From positions 52,700,001 through 52,764,000 of the forward strand of contig NC_091977.1 of assembly GCF_044704955.1 (NCBI RefSeq): a stretch of DNA of 64,000 bases, given 5' to 3'. Shown here piece by piece: positions 25,850 to 38,704 of this stretch. The DNA is from Pristiophorus japonicus. Its lineage: Eukaryota. The position numbers and the translations under genes are program-made. How positions within the stretch are numbered: the stretch's first letter is position 1; every line of letters begins with the position of its first letter. Under the pieces are notes generated by a model, which was not told the DNA's origin, did no database searches, and worked only from the letters and a program-made list of their open reading frames with translations.

Positions 25850-26984
25850 GCAGGTGCCACAGGGCGAACGGTCGCAGATACCAGTGCCGCAGGGCGAATG
25901 GTCGCAGATACCACAGTCGCAGATACCACGGTCGCAGATACCAGTGCCGCAGGGCGAACGGTCGCAGATACCACAGTCGCAGATACCACATTCGCAGATA
26001 CCAGTGCCGCAGGGCGAATGGTCACAGATACCGGTGCCGCAGATACCACAGTCGCAGATACCGGTGCCGCAGGGCGAATGGTCACAGATACCAGTGCCAC
26101 AGGGCGAATGGTCACAGAAAGCAGTGCCGCAGGGCGAACGGTCGCAGATACCAGTGCCACAAGGCGAATGGTCACAGAAAGCAGTGCCGCAAGGCGAACA
26201 ATCGCAGATACCAGTGCCGCAAGGCGAACAATCGCAGATACCAGTGCCGCAAGGCGAACAATCGCAGATACCAGTGCCGCAAGGCGAACAATCGCAGATA
26301 CCAGTGCCGCAAGGCGAACGGTCGCAGATACCAGTGCCGCAGGGCGAACGGTCGCAGATACCGGTGCCGCAGGGCGAACGGTCGCAGATACCGGTGCCGC
26401 AGGGCGAACGGTCGCAGATACCACAGTCGCAGATACCAGTGCCGCAGGGCGAACGGTCGCAGATACCACAGTCGCAGATACCAGTGCCGCAGGGCGAACG
26501 GTCTCAGATACCAGTGCCGCAGGGCGAACGGTCGCAGATACCGGTGCCGCAGGGCGAACGGTCGCAGATACCACAGTCGCAGATACCAGTGCCGCAGGGC
26601 GAACGGTCGCAGATACCACAGTCGCAGATACCGGTGCCGCAGGGCGAACGGTCGCAGATACCGGTGCCGCAGGGCGAACGGTCGCAGATACCGGTGCCGC
26701 AGGGCGAACGGTCGCAGATACCACAGTCGCAGATACCGGTGCCGCAGGGCGAACGGTCGCAGATACCACAGTCGCAGATACCGGTGCCGCAGGGCGAACG
26801 GTCGCAGATACCGGTGCCGCAGGGCGAACGGTCGCAGATACCACAGTCGCAGATACCGGTGCCGCAGGGCGAACGGTCGCAGATACCGGTGCCGCAGGGC
26901 GAACGGTCGCAGATACCGGTGCCGCAGGGCGAACGGTCGCAGATACCACAGTCGCAGATACCGGTGCCGCAGGGCGAACGGTCT
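25850..26984. repeat. CpG-rich minisatellite built from 15-bp modules
   Basis: 30-bp unit GATACCRGTGCCGCA-GGGCGAACGGTCGCA interspersed with 15-bp GATACCACAGTCGCA. Confidence 0.97.
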
Positions 26985-27587
26985 GGTGGTTTCTGCTTAC
27001 AAACTTATTGAGCAAGTGAGTAATGCACGGCGGGAAAGGAGGGTCAGGTGCACAGGCGTAGAAATTAATCTCCATGGATATTGTTAGGTCATAACTTGAA
27101 CTATTGTCTATAAAAAAAAACACGTTGCTAAAACTTTGCCTCTTGAATGTGAGCTGGTTCATTTCAAAGTTCCTGAACTGCTGCTTCCGGTTTTGTAAAT
27201 GTCAAAAATTAACAAAAGTTTTAAGTACCATTTAATAATCAGCCTCCAGCACCTGTCACTTGCTGCGACCTTTAACACACTTGGATTTACTTTAGCTTCG
27301 TAACTTTTAAAGATACATTCCAAATCCTCTGGAGGGTGTCTGGGGCTATGCTTCATTCCTACCACCTATAATGGTTTAATCGTCCAACGCTTGTAGCGAC
27401 GAATTGTGTGAACACCATCGTGCCCACCACAAGTTGTGCGGACTGTAATAATAATCAAGGCCACTCCTTTATAGTGGTCATAGAGTAATGGAAAGTTGTG
27501 GAATTCCATCTCCCAAACATTGGTAGAAATTCCAGCATCCTATGTAATAAAAACTGAATTTGACATTTTCAGCTATTGTAAGTCAGT

Positions 27588-27960
27588 GTTGTCCAATTAA
27601 AATCACTGACTAGCCACAGGTGTGACGACAGAGGCACAGTTTTGGCCTAATTTTAGTAGAAACTGTCTCACATACACTCTCAAAATATAGGTAAATGTAC
27701 TTTCCATGTATGTCGACAATCATTAAGTAACCAAGGAAGCAAAGCACTTACAATGATTAAAAAAACACTCCTCTGCTCTGCCTTTCGTCTTATCATTTTA
27801 ACAACAACCGCACTAAAAAGGTTTAAGTACACATGCATGCACTGTGCAAATATGAATATTGAGATCACACACCCAACAATGTGGTCTAGTTGGGTGTGTG
27901 ATCAGTTTTTATTTACGAATCAGAAATGCAATTGGCCACATCTGGATTCCCAATTAGCCA
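27588..27960 (-). repeat. Diverged second copy of the 678-1260 sequence (env-like?)
   Basis: Shared blocks TTGTCCAAT-AAATC-CTGACTAGCCACAGG, AATGTACTT-CCATGTAT and AGTAACCAAGGAA--AAAGCACT; CWVC on the minus strand at about 27867-27878. Confidence 0.55.
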
Positions 27961-28739
27961 CACGTGGCTAATGGTTAATGTATTAGACAACACTCCCTTA
28001 AATCAATGGTCCTGATAATACACTGGGGCTGATGGTCGCCTGGAGGACACCTGATGCACTGTGCCCACTGCCTGTATTATTGGATGGAGAGGTCTGCAAT
28101 GCACCCTGTGTGCTCACCCCGATTTGGTTCATCAGCACAATGGGTGCTGGGAATCTGTGTACGAGCAGCGTGGGAGGCTTATTATTGTGAGATGTCATAG
28201 GACATCTACTCATAGAACATATAATAAAAGAAAGAAAGACTTGCATTTATATAGCACATTTCACAACCACCAGACGTCTCAAAGCACTTTACAGCCAATG
28301 AAGTATTTTTGGAGTGTAGTCACTGTTGTAATGTATAATGTGTTAGAAATGTATAAATTGAATATTAGAAACTTCGTTAAATTTTATAAAAACTATTTCC
28401 ATTGACTACAGTAAAATGCAATGAGTGGAAATATTTTAACCAGGATACAGGAAATAATTTGCAATTTTTTACATTCTTTTCTGCCAAAAGAAAATGAAAT
28501 GAAAAACATCTAAGTCTACACTTGACTCTGGAAATCACTTTAAAGCTGACTCTGTTAATGCCAGTCTGTGGACATATACCGAGACAGAATCTGTCTGTTT
28601 TTCTGATCTGTTGTTGTGTATTGCTGTGTGTGCAATGGGTCAAGGTGGGCTGTCTATATAATGCGTGCTATGTACATGATGGACCAGCTGCGTACATGCT
28701 GTTTACATGAACAATCACAGCTCGTGTGTGTATATGAAG

Positions 28740-29230
28740 GATCACTATGAGGACAGTGTCGGGGGATGCTCAAGCCCACTCCAACTGAATGGCTCCCAGT
28801 GTTGCCCCACCTGCCATTCGTTGTGATGCCACCATGCACCATGAGATGGAAAAAGTCATGAGCAACACTGACCTTCCCAGTCATGAAATACCCACCACAA
28901 AAGTGCTTAAAATCGCCCTGGCCATTAGACACATGGGACCTCATCATTGACCCCACAGCAGAGGTCTCTGGCTTCAACCTCTCTCGAAGACAGTGGACAA
29001 GGCTCAACTGAATCCGCACAGGGAACGGATGATGCGGCCAACTGCTCCACAAGTGGAAAATGAGGAACAACCCGAAGTGCAGCTGTGGCCATGAATCCCA
29101 GACCATGGAACACATCACATCAACCAGCCCACTGAGATCTGTTGCGGGGAGACACCTAATTTCTCCATTCGGCACCTTAGGAGGCCATCGAGTGGATAGC
29201 CAAACTAGATATCCCATTATAAGCTTTTCC
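28740..29230 (+). mobile_element. Vingi/Ingi-like LINE 3' fragment
   Basis: LKPTPTEWLPVL, WTRLNxIRTG...LLHKWKMRNNPKCSCGHESQTMEHI (CxC...H finger typical of the Ingi/Vingi group). Confidence 0.6.
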
Positions 29231-31525
29231 CATCATATGAAACAACAACAGATATAGAAGCATAGAATCATAGACATTTACAGCACGAAAGGAGGCCATT
29301 TCGGCCCATCGTGTCCGTGCCGGCCACAAGAAGCTATCCAGCCTAATCCCACTTTCCAGCTCGAATACAATTATAGAAATATCTAGGCCATGTTCAAAAT
29401 AATTCTCAAACTATCGCACAACAAGGATTTGCATCCACCAATACAGGAAAAAACAAATAAAATTTAATGGAAATTCTTTTCTCTGTGACACATAAGAAAA
29501 CTTCATTATACTGTACTATATCTTTACTAAATAATGGAGTCTTCAGTGTCCCGTGTCAGTGCTGAGCCTATGGTGCATCAAGTCATAGGCAACACAAATA
29601 CTTTTCTTTAAAAGAGTATATTCTGCTTTATTGCTGCACCATTCTAAATATTATAAGAGGAGATATTTGTACCCTAATTCACTTTTTGTTACCATACATG
29701 CTAATCTCAAAAACTAGCAAAGACTGATTAACAGTTTCAAAAAGCTGATCTTGCCTACAAAAGCTGACAACACGTGTGTGTATGTGTGTGTGTGTGCACG
29801 GTGGATGCATTGTGCATGTGTATATTCTGGGTTAGTGTGTTGCTGTGTACATCCTGGTTTAATGTGGCGCTGTGTATATGATGGGATTGTGTGTTGCCGT
29901 GTAAACTGAGCTGATTCTGCTTGATGTAATGAGATCTCTCTGAAGTTCTACTGGGGAACTATGTGTTTGAACAACAGGGTTTATCTGCAGACCACATCAG
30001 CTGGCGATACTTTCCACACAAAGCGTTTCAGTTTCCCCGGTTTCCTTTCCTGACTTAACATGAAAGCCAGATGGCATTGTGGGCAGGACAGCAAGTGCAC
30101 CGCGGTATTACACCCTCTTGAAGCAGCTGAGCGCTGTCTCGATCATTACTTTAATGGACTAAACTGTTAGTTGGAAACAGTTTAATTGTTCAACGGCTAG
30201 CTCAAGATAAAAAGAAATGTATGTTTTGTATGTCTGCTTGGCTTTTCATTAATCTTGTTATTCCAGTACCTTTATTGATGTCCAGGCAGCTGGATTATTG
30301 GTCCCTGCACTGGATAGTCTGTCAGTAAGGCAAGCAGAGCCAATGGAGAAGCAGATGATAGTGGCGGGCAGGTGTAAAAGATGTGCACAATTGTGTACGA
30401 ATGTTACTTCAATGTTATCTTGGTAGCAGTGGGAGATATTTCCAATGTTGCTTATTCCTTGCCGTTTTGTGTGGTGAAGAAGTGAGATAGATGCACTGTA
30501 ATGTGTGCAAGGTGGGTGTCTGGGAGGGGAAGGGAACAATATCACAAACTTTACATTTTCGACCTCTATCCCTGGTTGTGGGCACACTGATGATATTTCC
30601 ATTACTGCAGTCGGAGGTGAAAAACAGAATTTCCATCTGCCTGTTCAGATTTAGACCGTGCTTGTCATGTAGCCGAGAGGATGAATAGGTGACTTGCCTC
30701 GTTGTTTGCAGGATTTGGTCCTCTGAGTCTCGAGAACTCAATTCCTCTGCAGCACATTGCCTCTCCATGCCTCCTGCAGCGAATGTTATTGACTTTTACC
30801 CCGCTCTTATCTGTGCCGTTCCTGACACCTGTGCTGAGAGATGAGCTTGGAGATCTGCTCACTGCCCGCCATCAGTGTAGTTTTTGTCATTCATCTTCCT
30901 TTTGGAGGACATAAGCATCTGCACAAAGTTGTTTAAACAGTGCACTTGCAGTAAGCAAATGCTTCACACATAAAACATGCTTCACACATAAAACACACTC
31001 AACCACCAAACCATGCAATGTTTCCCTGCTTTGATTCTCCTTTGAGATCCACTGAATGAAAATCCAGGCACTGTGTGCAAAACATATTCACTCCTTTGTT
31101 TTTATTGGGGCTAGACTTTAGACTTAATGCCCAGCTGTTCCCGTCTGCCAGTGCTGTATTAGGTCTGTAACACTTTAAAATCATTTATATTTCATTAAAA
31201 AATTACTTGTATGTTAACCTCAATATAAAGATTGAAAGTGTTGATCTTATACTTGGCAGGTTTCTGTCCTTTGTAACATAGTTACTGTGGCGTGTTAAAC
31301 CTACACCGAACAATACTTGAGCAGTGCTGAGGACAACAGCAGCTGTTGTGATATCACAATAGCCTCTGTGATGGTAAGATGACCATGGCCCTACAGATCA
31401 TGGGAACAGAAGCTTGAAGGGTAGAGCTGGGAATAGAGAAATCATGGGCAGGATGATTAGTGCTTATTCAAAAAGTCCAAACAAAACTAGATTTAAAAAA
31501 AGAAGTAAAAATGAAACATGCCAAT

Positions 31526-31678
31526 CAATGTTCCCTTTAATTTATTTTGGGTGCATGGCCCCCTTTAAGGGGCTGCGCGGCACATTTAAGACACTGAGCA
31601 TGTGTGGTTTTTCCCATTTTAACCCAGTGAGCCGACTGTGCGGGAGCTACTGAACACTGCGGCTTAAAGGGACCATTG
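31526..31678. mobile_element. hAT-type MITE, same family as 7553-7682
   Basis: TIR CAATGTTCCCTTTAA / TTAAAGGGACCATTG; flanks ATGCCAAT / AGGTCAAT (6/8); similar internal sequence. Confidence 0.8.
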
Positions 31679-34600
31679 AGGTCAATGCTGAAATTAGAAC
31701 AGAAAATGGTGGAAATACGGAATAGATCAGTCATGATCTGAAAAAGATAAAGGGAGATTAACGTTTCAGGTGGACCCCCGCCATAAACACCTGAAATAGT
31801 AACCTGATTTTTCTCTCTCAGATGCTGACTGACATGATGTGTGTTTCTAAGATTTAAAAAAATAAATCCTTGATGCACCCTTTTTGTTTAATACTGGAAG
31901 ATTTACACGAGGTGTAGAATAAATGTGTGCTTCACATAGGGAAGAAAGCAATGTGTGCCTGCCAATACCCCCAAGCAATGAGCTCCTGAGTTGAATCGGC
32001 CAATAAGAGCAGTCCACTTATTGGCGATTGGGTACTTTGCAGCAAATAAATGAAAAGAATAAAACTATGGCATCAGTGCCCCTTTTCAATAGCGGCCCCT
32101 CATTTGCTAATTGAAAGCTGTGATAGCCCAGCCCTCTAACAACATTCCCATGCCATCATTTGTTAGAGGGCCTGAAGAGGAATGGGAACTTTAAGAAATA
32201 AAGGCCTTCATATTTAGCGAGGGTTCTCCTGTGGCAGGAGATCCACAGAAATCCGAGAGAAATGGTGTAAACGTTAAATGCTGTTTCCCAGGGGGATCTG
32301 TCACAGTTATGATGGGCGATCGGAACGAATCTAGTGGAATTTTCAGGTCAGAATTTCCAACATTTCCCATTATTTTAGAGGGAACTGTCCCGATCCCCCA
32401 CTTAGTGACGATGGCAGAGTCAGGTGGGGTGCAACTGGAGGTTCAGAAGCACATGGAGCAGAAAGTGAGCTGAGAGCCACTTTGTCAATGGGAGGATTAT
32501 CAGGACCACTGGCTTACACACTCGCAAGGAATGATTGTGTTGGTCACACACCCCACTCTCTCGTCCACCTGCCACTCACTGATGTACTTCCTGGTACTTG
32601 GCAGACATCAACCGCCACCAGACTTCAGTGTAACCTGAACACTACTCCTTCCACATTCATCATGAAAATAAACAATTGATGAAACATCTCCTGAAACAAA
32701 TTGCAATTGCGGTATAAATGGAACATGCTGTCGAGTGTGGAACTTAGCAGGCGGGGGGGATGGGTGTTGGGTGGAGGGAACACATTTTGCACCTCCTGCT
32801 ACTGCACCAGAAATCAATGTCTCAGTACTGAGTGCATTCCAGCACAATCGACAACTGCAAGCTACTCTGTTAGGGACAGATCTTCTTAAAAGCCCTGCCC
32901 CAAAGAGCGGTGCACGCAGGGCCAAACCCTCAGTTGGCTGGCTTTCCTTACCTCAGCTACTCTGTGAGGAATGTGCTCAGAAGAGACAAGGGTCATGTTG
33001 GGCAGGGAGGAAAAATCTATGGCAACCGTCACTTCCCTCCTGGTAACCTGCTAAGACTGGAATTGCTGGATGTCTGGCAGAATGCCTAATCATGTTCTCG
33101 TCCAGTATCCACACAAACCCTTTGCAGTCGGAACAGCTGAATAGCAATCAGGGACTCTCACTGATTTTTATTTTCTGTTCCCTAAATCAGTGTCACTAAG
33201 GCCAATTATAGCCCCCCCACCGCGTCTTCACCAGCTGACATCAGCAAACTCAGCACAGACCAGAACTTTAACCTGGAACCGTGTGGTCTGTACTATTCAA
33301 TTACTCACTGCCTTAATCACTGGGGAGAATTAAGCAAGGTCAGTGAAATCAACAAAGACCCGAGATTGAACCTGGGACCTTCCTGATTTGTACAGCACTG
33401 TTCCATTCACTTGACACAGAGCCATTGAGGGAGCATTGTACTATTCATAAAAAGTCAATCATCAGAAAAGAATACTAAAGCTTTGAGTACATTTTCACAA
33501 ATCAAGGTTTCATGCTGCAAATGGGTTGCATGTCACACTGTACTCATTGTATTCGGACTGCTGCTGTATTGACATCCCAAACGATCTTTGTTGACACCTT
33601 GGGGTAGAGTTTCCGTGAGTAATATCAGCACAATCCGGGCGGAATCATCCAAACCAGTGCAAAAGATCGGGGAATTGTATACCTAAGTGAGTTATGCCCC
33701 AAACCACCTGCATTCATGTTTACTGTGATCTTTTAGGTTAGTTCAGGACTCAATTTTCTCTAATCCAGCCCGCCCACAAAACTGGCAAACCCCCAGGTCG
33801 AAATTGCAATATTTTGGCAATTGCGCTCATTTTCTTAGTGGCACAGGCACTAGTAGGCAAGTTTTAAACATTTGTTCACATCTAAAAGTATTTAATTTAC
33901 TAAGAAACTAACTGGTAAATGATTTTTTTGAAGTCATTTTCAGTGATTTTAAATCTGGTTACTCACAGGTGATGGATTAGACATTCTGATTAAAAATGTT
34001 TATTTTTGGTGACAAACCCATTTTCAGCTGTATTAATAAAAGTGCCCCAGGTTATGACTCTTATACATCAAGCAATACCTTTTAATGGAAAGGGGGGGAA
34101 AAATAAATGATTACAGTCTATTACACTGCCCAATTGCACTGGTGCATGGAAGATTTTACGTATGTGATTTTGTAAATGAGTTTTAGCAGAAACTTGAAAT
34201 GTAACCCAACCAACCATGCAATGTCAAGTGAATTTTGGGCGCAATTTTCCGATTGTACCCAAAGCAGAAACGTCACCCCCTCCATGTGTATGTTAGTGGG
34301 AGAGCATTGCAATTTTTTTTAATTGTTTTTGAGAAATTGCAAGACTAGCAAAAATAATTTGCATTCTAGGAATTTCTAATTGGCTTGACAAAGGTTCTGT
34401 GTCCTTCTAGTAAACATGCACAAAGAAGATATGTTAAATTACATCTACATGTAGAAAGACTTCGAATATCTTTGAAGTGTTACCTAGATTGTTTTGCATT
34501 ACTTGATATTTGTTGAATTATTTTAAAGTGCAGCTATCTGTCATCGTTGCTGCTGCCTGTGTCTCAACCCGCTGATTATCACAAAATTCCACAGCACCAA

Positions 34601-35229
34601 ACCACACATTCTTTTCTATTTCATATTTTTAGTTCTGCGTCTCTCCTTCTTTCCATAAGTCCCTCCCATCTTCCTGAGCCAGCCTGAGAGATCAGGGTTT
34701 TAAAGAAAAATATGTATAAAATTACAGTGCATGGGATACACATCAAACTTTAAAAAATTAAAATCAAACTAATTATATGTTCATGCTCAGCTCCCATTGC
34801 TTGAAATGTGGGAATCATGCTGTGAAGAATAGACCCGTGACAAATTAAGACATCTCAATTGTGTTGCGTAAGGTTTGATGAAACAGCATGATTTATATTA
34901 CGTTGACTCAAGTGTTTCTTTAATTGGGAATGTGGTTGACGCACGAATGTTGCAGCTACATTTTGTATGTCTGATGCAAACAATTGAGCAGCCAGTCAGG
35001 GTCCTGTTCGGTAGTTAAGAACAACCAGTGAATATCAGCAGAGGCTTGAGCTGAAACTACCAGACTGCTTGGTTATGCAGAATCTTCTTTGCCGGGCATC
35101 ATTTTGTGCTGAAGGAAAGTAAGTTACTGGAATGGGAGTAACACTGAACCAGTTCAGGCAGATCAGAGGCAACCAATATCCCAAAGGAATCTTTGAAATT
35201 TTCAAAGTGAATGCACAGATCTCATAAGC

Positions 35230-35327
35230 AAAAATAAAGCTTTGCTGGAAACACTCAGCAGGTCAGGCAGCATCTGCAGAGAGAGAAACAGTGTTAAAAT
35301 TTCGGGTCGATGACCTTTCATCAGAAT
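35230..35327 (-). mobile_element. Penelope-like pseudo-LTR fragment with degenerate hammerhead core
   Basis: Minus strand TTCTGATGAAAGGTCATCGACCCGAAATTTTAAC...AGATGCTGCCTGACCTGCTGAG; related inverted pair at 31695-31855. Confidence 0.55.
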
Positions 35328-35372
35328 AAAGATCTGATATTGTGTGTGTGTATGCGTTTATTTCTTAAATAG

Positions 35373-35467
35373 GTTGAGGCGGTGACTGGATCTGTGGACT
35401 CTGATGGCAACTGACAGCCCAGCGGTACAGTGCACTGCAATAGCCTGTACAGTGTTGAGTTCCTGAG
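35373..35467 (+). other. Candidate non-coding 5'-UTR exon of LHFPL2
   Basis: Non-repeat 95-nt block bounded by acceptor tttatttcttaaatAG and donor GAG|GTATGG on the gene strand. Mammalian LHFPL2 has short non-coding upstream exons. Inference only. Confidence 0.35.
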
Positions 35468-35789
35468 GTATGGTTATTTGGTTTCCATTTAAGTATTAAA
35501 ATAAAAATTATGTTAAATTAAGCTACTTCTCTGAGTATTTGAAATAGGCAAACAGCTAAACAAATGAATTTATTTACCATTAGCAAGAAATGAAGATATT
35601 TGACCATGTTCCAGATGTTTTGTTGGGGTAACTCAGGTACATAAAGATCCCAAACTGGTCCAGTACAGCTCACTTTAATGATTCTAAATTATCCTGAAGC
35701 AAATTGTATGGTTCTTGTGAAAATGCCAATACCAATGAGAAAGCAGCAATTCCACACTTCTGCGCCTCTTTCTGTATTGTTTGAAACAG

Positions 35790-36448
35790 GAAGTGTAGAT
35801 ACGGGTACTGTAGTAGATGTAATATATTTGGATTTTCAAAAGGCATTCGATAAGGTACCGCATAGTAGACTCATGAATACGGTCAGAGCATGTGGAGTCA
35901 GGGGACATGCAGCAGAATGGATAGCAAGCTGGCTACAAAACAGAGAGCAGGGTTTAAAGGTATTTACACAGATTGGCGGGAAGTGGTGTTCCACAATGCT
36001 CGGTGCTGGGACAACTGTTGTTCAAGATTTACATAAATGATTTGGACTCAGAAATCGGAAGTGCTGTTTCAAAATTTGAGAATAACACAAAATTGGCGGG
36101 GTATAGTTAATCCTGAGAAAGAATGCGACAAAATACAAAATATTTTATTAAACTTGCAGAATACGTATGTAATTGGCAAATGGATTTCAATATAGATTAG
36201 TGAATAAAGAATTCAGGAGAAATTTCTTTACCCAGAAAGTGGTGTGAATGTGTAACTTTCTACCACAAAATAGTTGAGACGAATAGCGTTGATGCATTTA
36301 AGGGGAAGCCAGGGAGAAAGGTATACAAAGTTATGCTGTTGGGGTTAAATGAAGGAAGTTGGGAGGAGGCTCGTGTGGAACGTAAACAGCCATGGACCAG
36401 TTGTGCTGAATTGCCTGTTTCTGTTATGTAAGTTCTATGTCATTCTAT
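35790..36448 (+). mobile_element. Old CR1 remnant with internal deletion
   Basis: VDVIYLDFQKAFDKVPH followed by decayed RT and CR1 3' UTR. Confidence 0.85.
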
Positions 36449-37586
36449 GAAAGTTGACATTTTGGTCTTTAATGATGGACCAACAAGCATGAGCCCTAAA
36501 TTCAAAACAAACAAAATTCAGCACTTTGTGTCCCCACTGCTGATTTGATGCTAGCACTAGGTCCAAGTTGCCTGGAATGAAAATGATGAGTTTTGCATCT
36601 AAAGGGTAGGTTTGGTCAATCTCGGTCGCAAGAACAGAAATAAACCAGACATGAGAGGATCAGAACTAATTTCTCCCCCGACTGAGCTTCATTTCTTGGA
36701 CTTTCATTCCACTTTTCTTCTCTCTCTTACATCCTCTTCTCCATTGCTTTCCAGAAGATTTCTCAGGCTTGGGTATTGTTACACGTGCAGTGAGAGTCAT
36801 TCACCTGCTTGGTCAAGTGGCCATACTTAATGCGTGAGTCTGAACAAACAGTGAGAATGACTGTATGATTATGGGAGAGAGGAGTTGGCTTTACCACTGA
36901 GCCCTATTCTGTCTTCTCCAAATTCATGAGCTTTTCAGCAGCAGTTATTTAATTGTGATCAAGGGCAGGAACCCTGCCGGGGTACTGAGGTAAATTATAA
37001 AGCCCCAGCCATTGCTCTGGAATTGAAGCTGGAACCTGTGCGATGGTGGTAACCATGGAGATGTCTTTGGATTGGACCAGTTGCAAAGATTTGAGGGAAG
37101 GGTGAGGGGAAATGAGGGAAATATTTGAAGGAAAGAAAATTAGGGAATCTATTTTGGTGAGAATGTAGCAAGAGAAGTGAGCACCTGTCAGTAGAGGCAT
37201 GAATTTATTTACATGCTTTGTGACTTCTGCACATCAAGGCATCTTGCAGTGGCATTTCATCTGCAGCCTCACTTTAATGAAAGGCTGTGTTTGTAAATGA
37301 ATTAGACCCCTTTACTCTGCTTCAGCACTTGTATGGATGCTGTCCTTCCAGTTCACTGTGAGGCAGTCTGACTGTGCCTCAGTAGTTTTTTTTAAGGAAA
37401 TGTCATTCTCATGCAGTGGGTTGGATTTTTCTGGCGGTGAATTGAAATGCCGTGCGTGAATAATGTAAAATGGCTCGTGCCTGATTTGACCTCATAGTTC
37501 TTAGAACTGACGTACACTGCAATAATCCTCAAAGATGTTTCATGACTTACTGGAGCCCATGGTGTCTGAAACATCGTGGTGCTTTG

Positions 37587-37853
37587 GGTGTTGCCAACAC
37601 GCCAGGATTGTCCTGGAATCGCCAGGAATTAACGATTAATCTGCAGCACACTGCTGCAGGCAATCCAGGAGAAAAATCATCGTGGCATTGAAAGAATTGT
37701 GTCTTTTATTCATTTTCTTTGAATATTTTAATTTTATTAGTTATAAAAGTATTGTAGATGGGGAAAAATGGCTTTGACTGAGTGAGGTGGTTGGAGGCGG
37801 AAGGTCATGTCATGAAACCTCCAAGAATTTGTCCAATCAGGATTGGCAACCCT
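37587..37853 (-). mobile_element. Unclassified MITE with GTTGCCAA termini (inverted copy)
   Basis: GTTGCCAAC...ATTGGCAACCCT ends; internal blocks reverse-complementary to 7027-7390. Confidence 0.65.
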
Positions 37854-38704
37854 AGTTAGGGCAATATATTGTCAGATTCAGAGGCATGAAGCCTACTCTG
37901 CAACTGATGCACGAAGCACAGGGAAGTGTGGGTGGGCAGCGCCCACAGTATTGGGAGCCCCTGCATTAGCAAGGTTCATTTGCAATGTGGATGAGGCCTG
38001 TTCTCTGTAATGAGTCTGTGTTCCTGGGAAGCATGCCAGTTGCTCAGCCTTCATTGTAAGGGACAGCTGTGGGGAAATTTCCTGGGTGGCCTTGATCTTC
38101 CACTACAGTCTCCCACTTACCTGCGGCTGCATAGCTGGGACTCAAAAGGCCGAGTTTGCTCAGACTCTGCCCTCCTCCCCTCGAGTATGCTGTGCTGCCT
38201 TCAAGTCATTCACATACCACTGGTGCTGGCAATCCTGGTTCGCAACCTCAGTGCTCCCTCAGCGTGCCATGAACAATATGTGGGAGCAACATTCAAAGAT
38301 TCTAAAAATACTCATTATTTTGCCACGTCGGTTTATTTGCATGTGGCTGTATGATGAGTAGCACTGTGCCATCGGCCCCAGTCAGTACTACTACTAACAG
38401 TTGTTGTCATAATTGCTGTTTTTCTGAGAGTTGCATTGGTTTACAATTGGATTGAATCGCTACACTTTGTTCACGTGGTATTTGAAAGGCGCAAGCATCA
38501 AGCCAGCAGGCTGGCTCAGTTGTATAGCACGTTTTGGGCAATATTCAGGTTTTTTTTAGTTCAGGGAGCTTATCAAAATAGTAGCTGAGAAATACAGATG
38601 AGCAAGGCTAAAAGTTTGATCCCAGGTTTATGCTCAATTGGCAGATCTTAACCATGCTGAAGTTAAGAGTTTTATTTGGCATTAACTATATCTGGAAACC
38701 ACCA

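Noticed and set aside
25850-26984. CRISPR-like array (also considered for 19806-19970 and 48173-48617)
   Set aside because: Units are head-to-tail with no unique spacers, there are no cas genes, and the context is vertebrate.
25589-27162. Long ORFs of 395-476 aa on both strands
   Set aside because: Produced by a stop-free minisatellite whose unit lengths are multiples of 3; open in several frames and both strands, with no splice or domain evidence.
29990-30260. Possible conserved non-coding enhancer
   Set aside because: Unique-looking sequence only; conservation cannot be judged without alignments.
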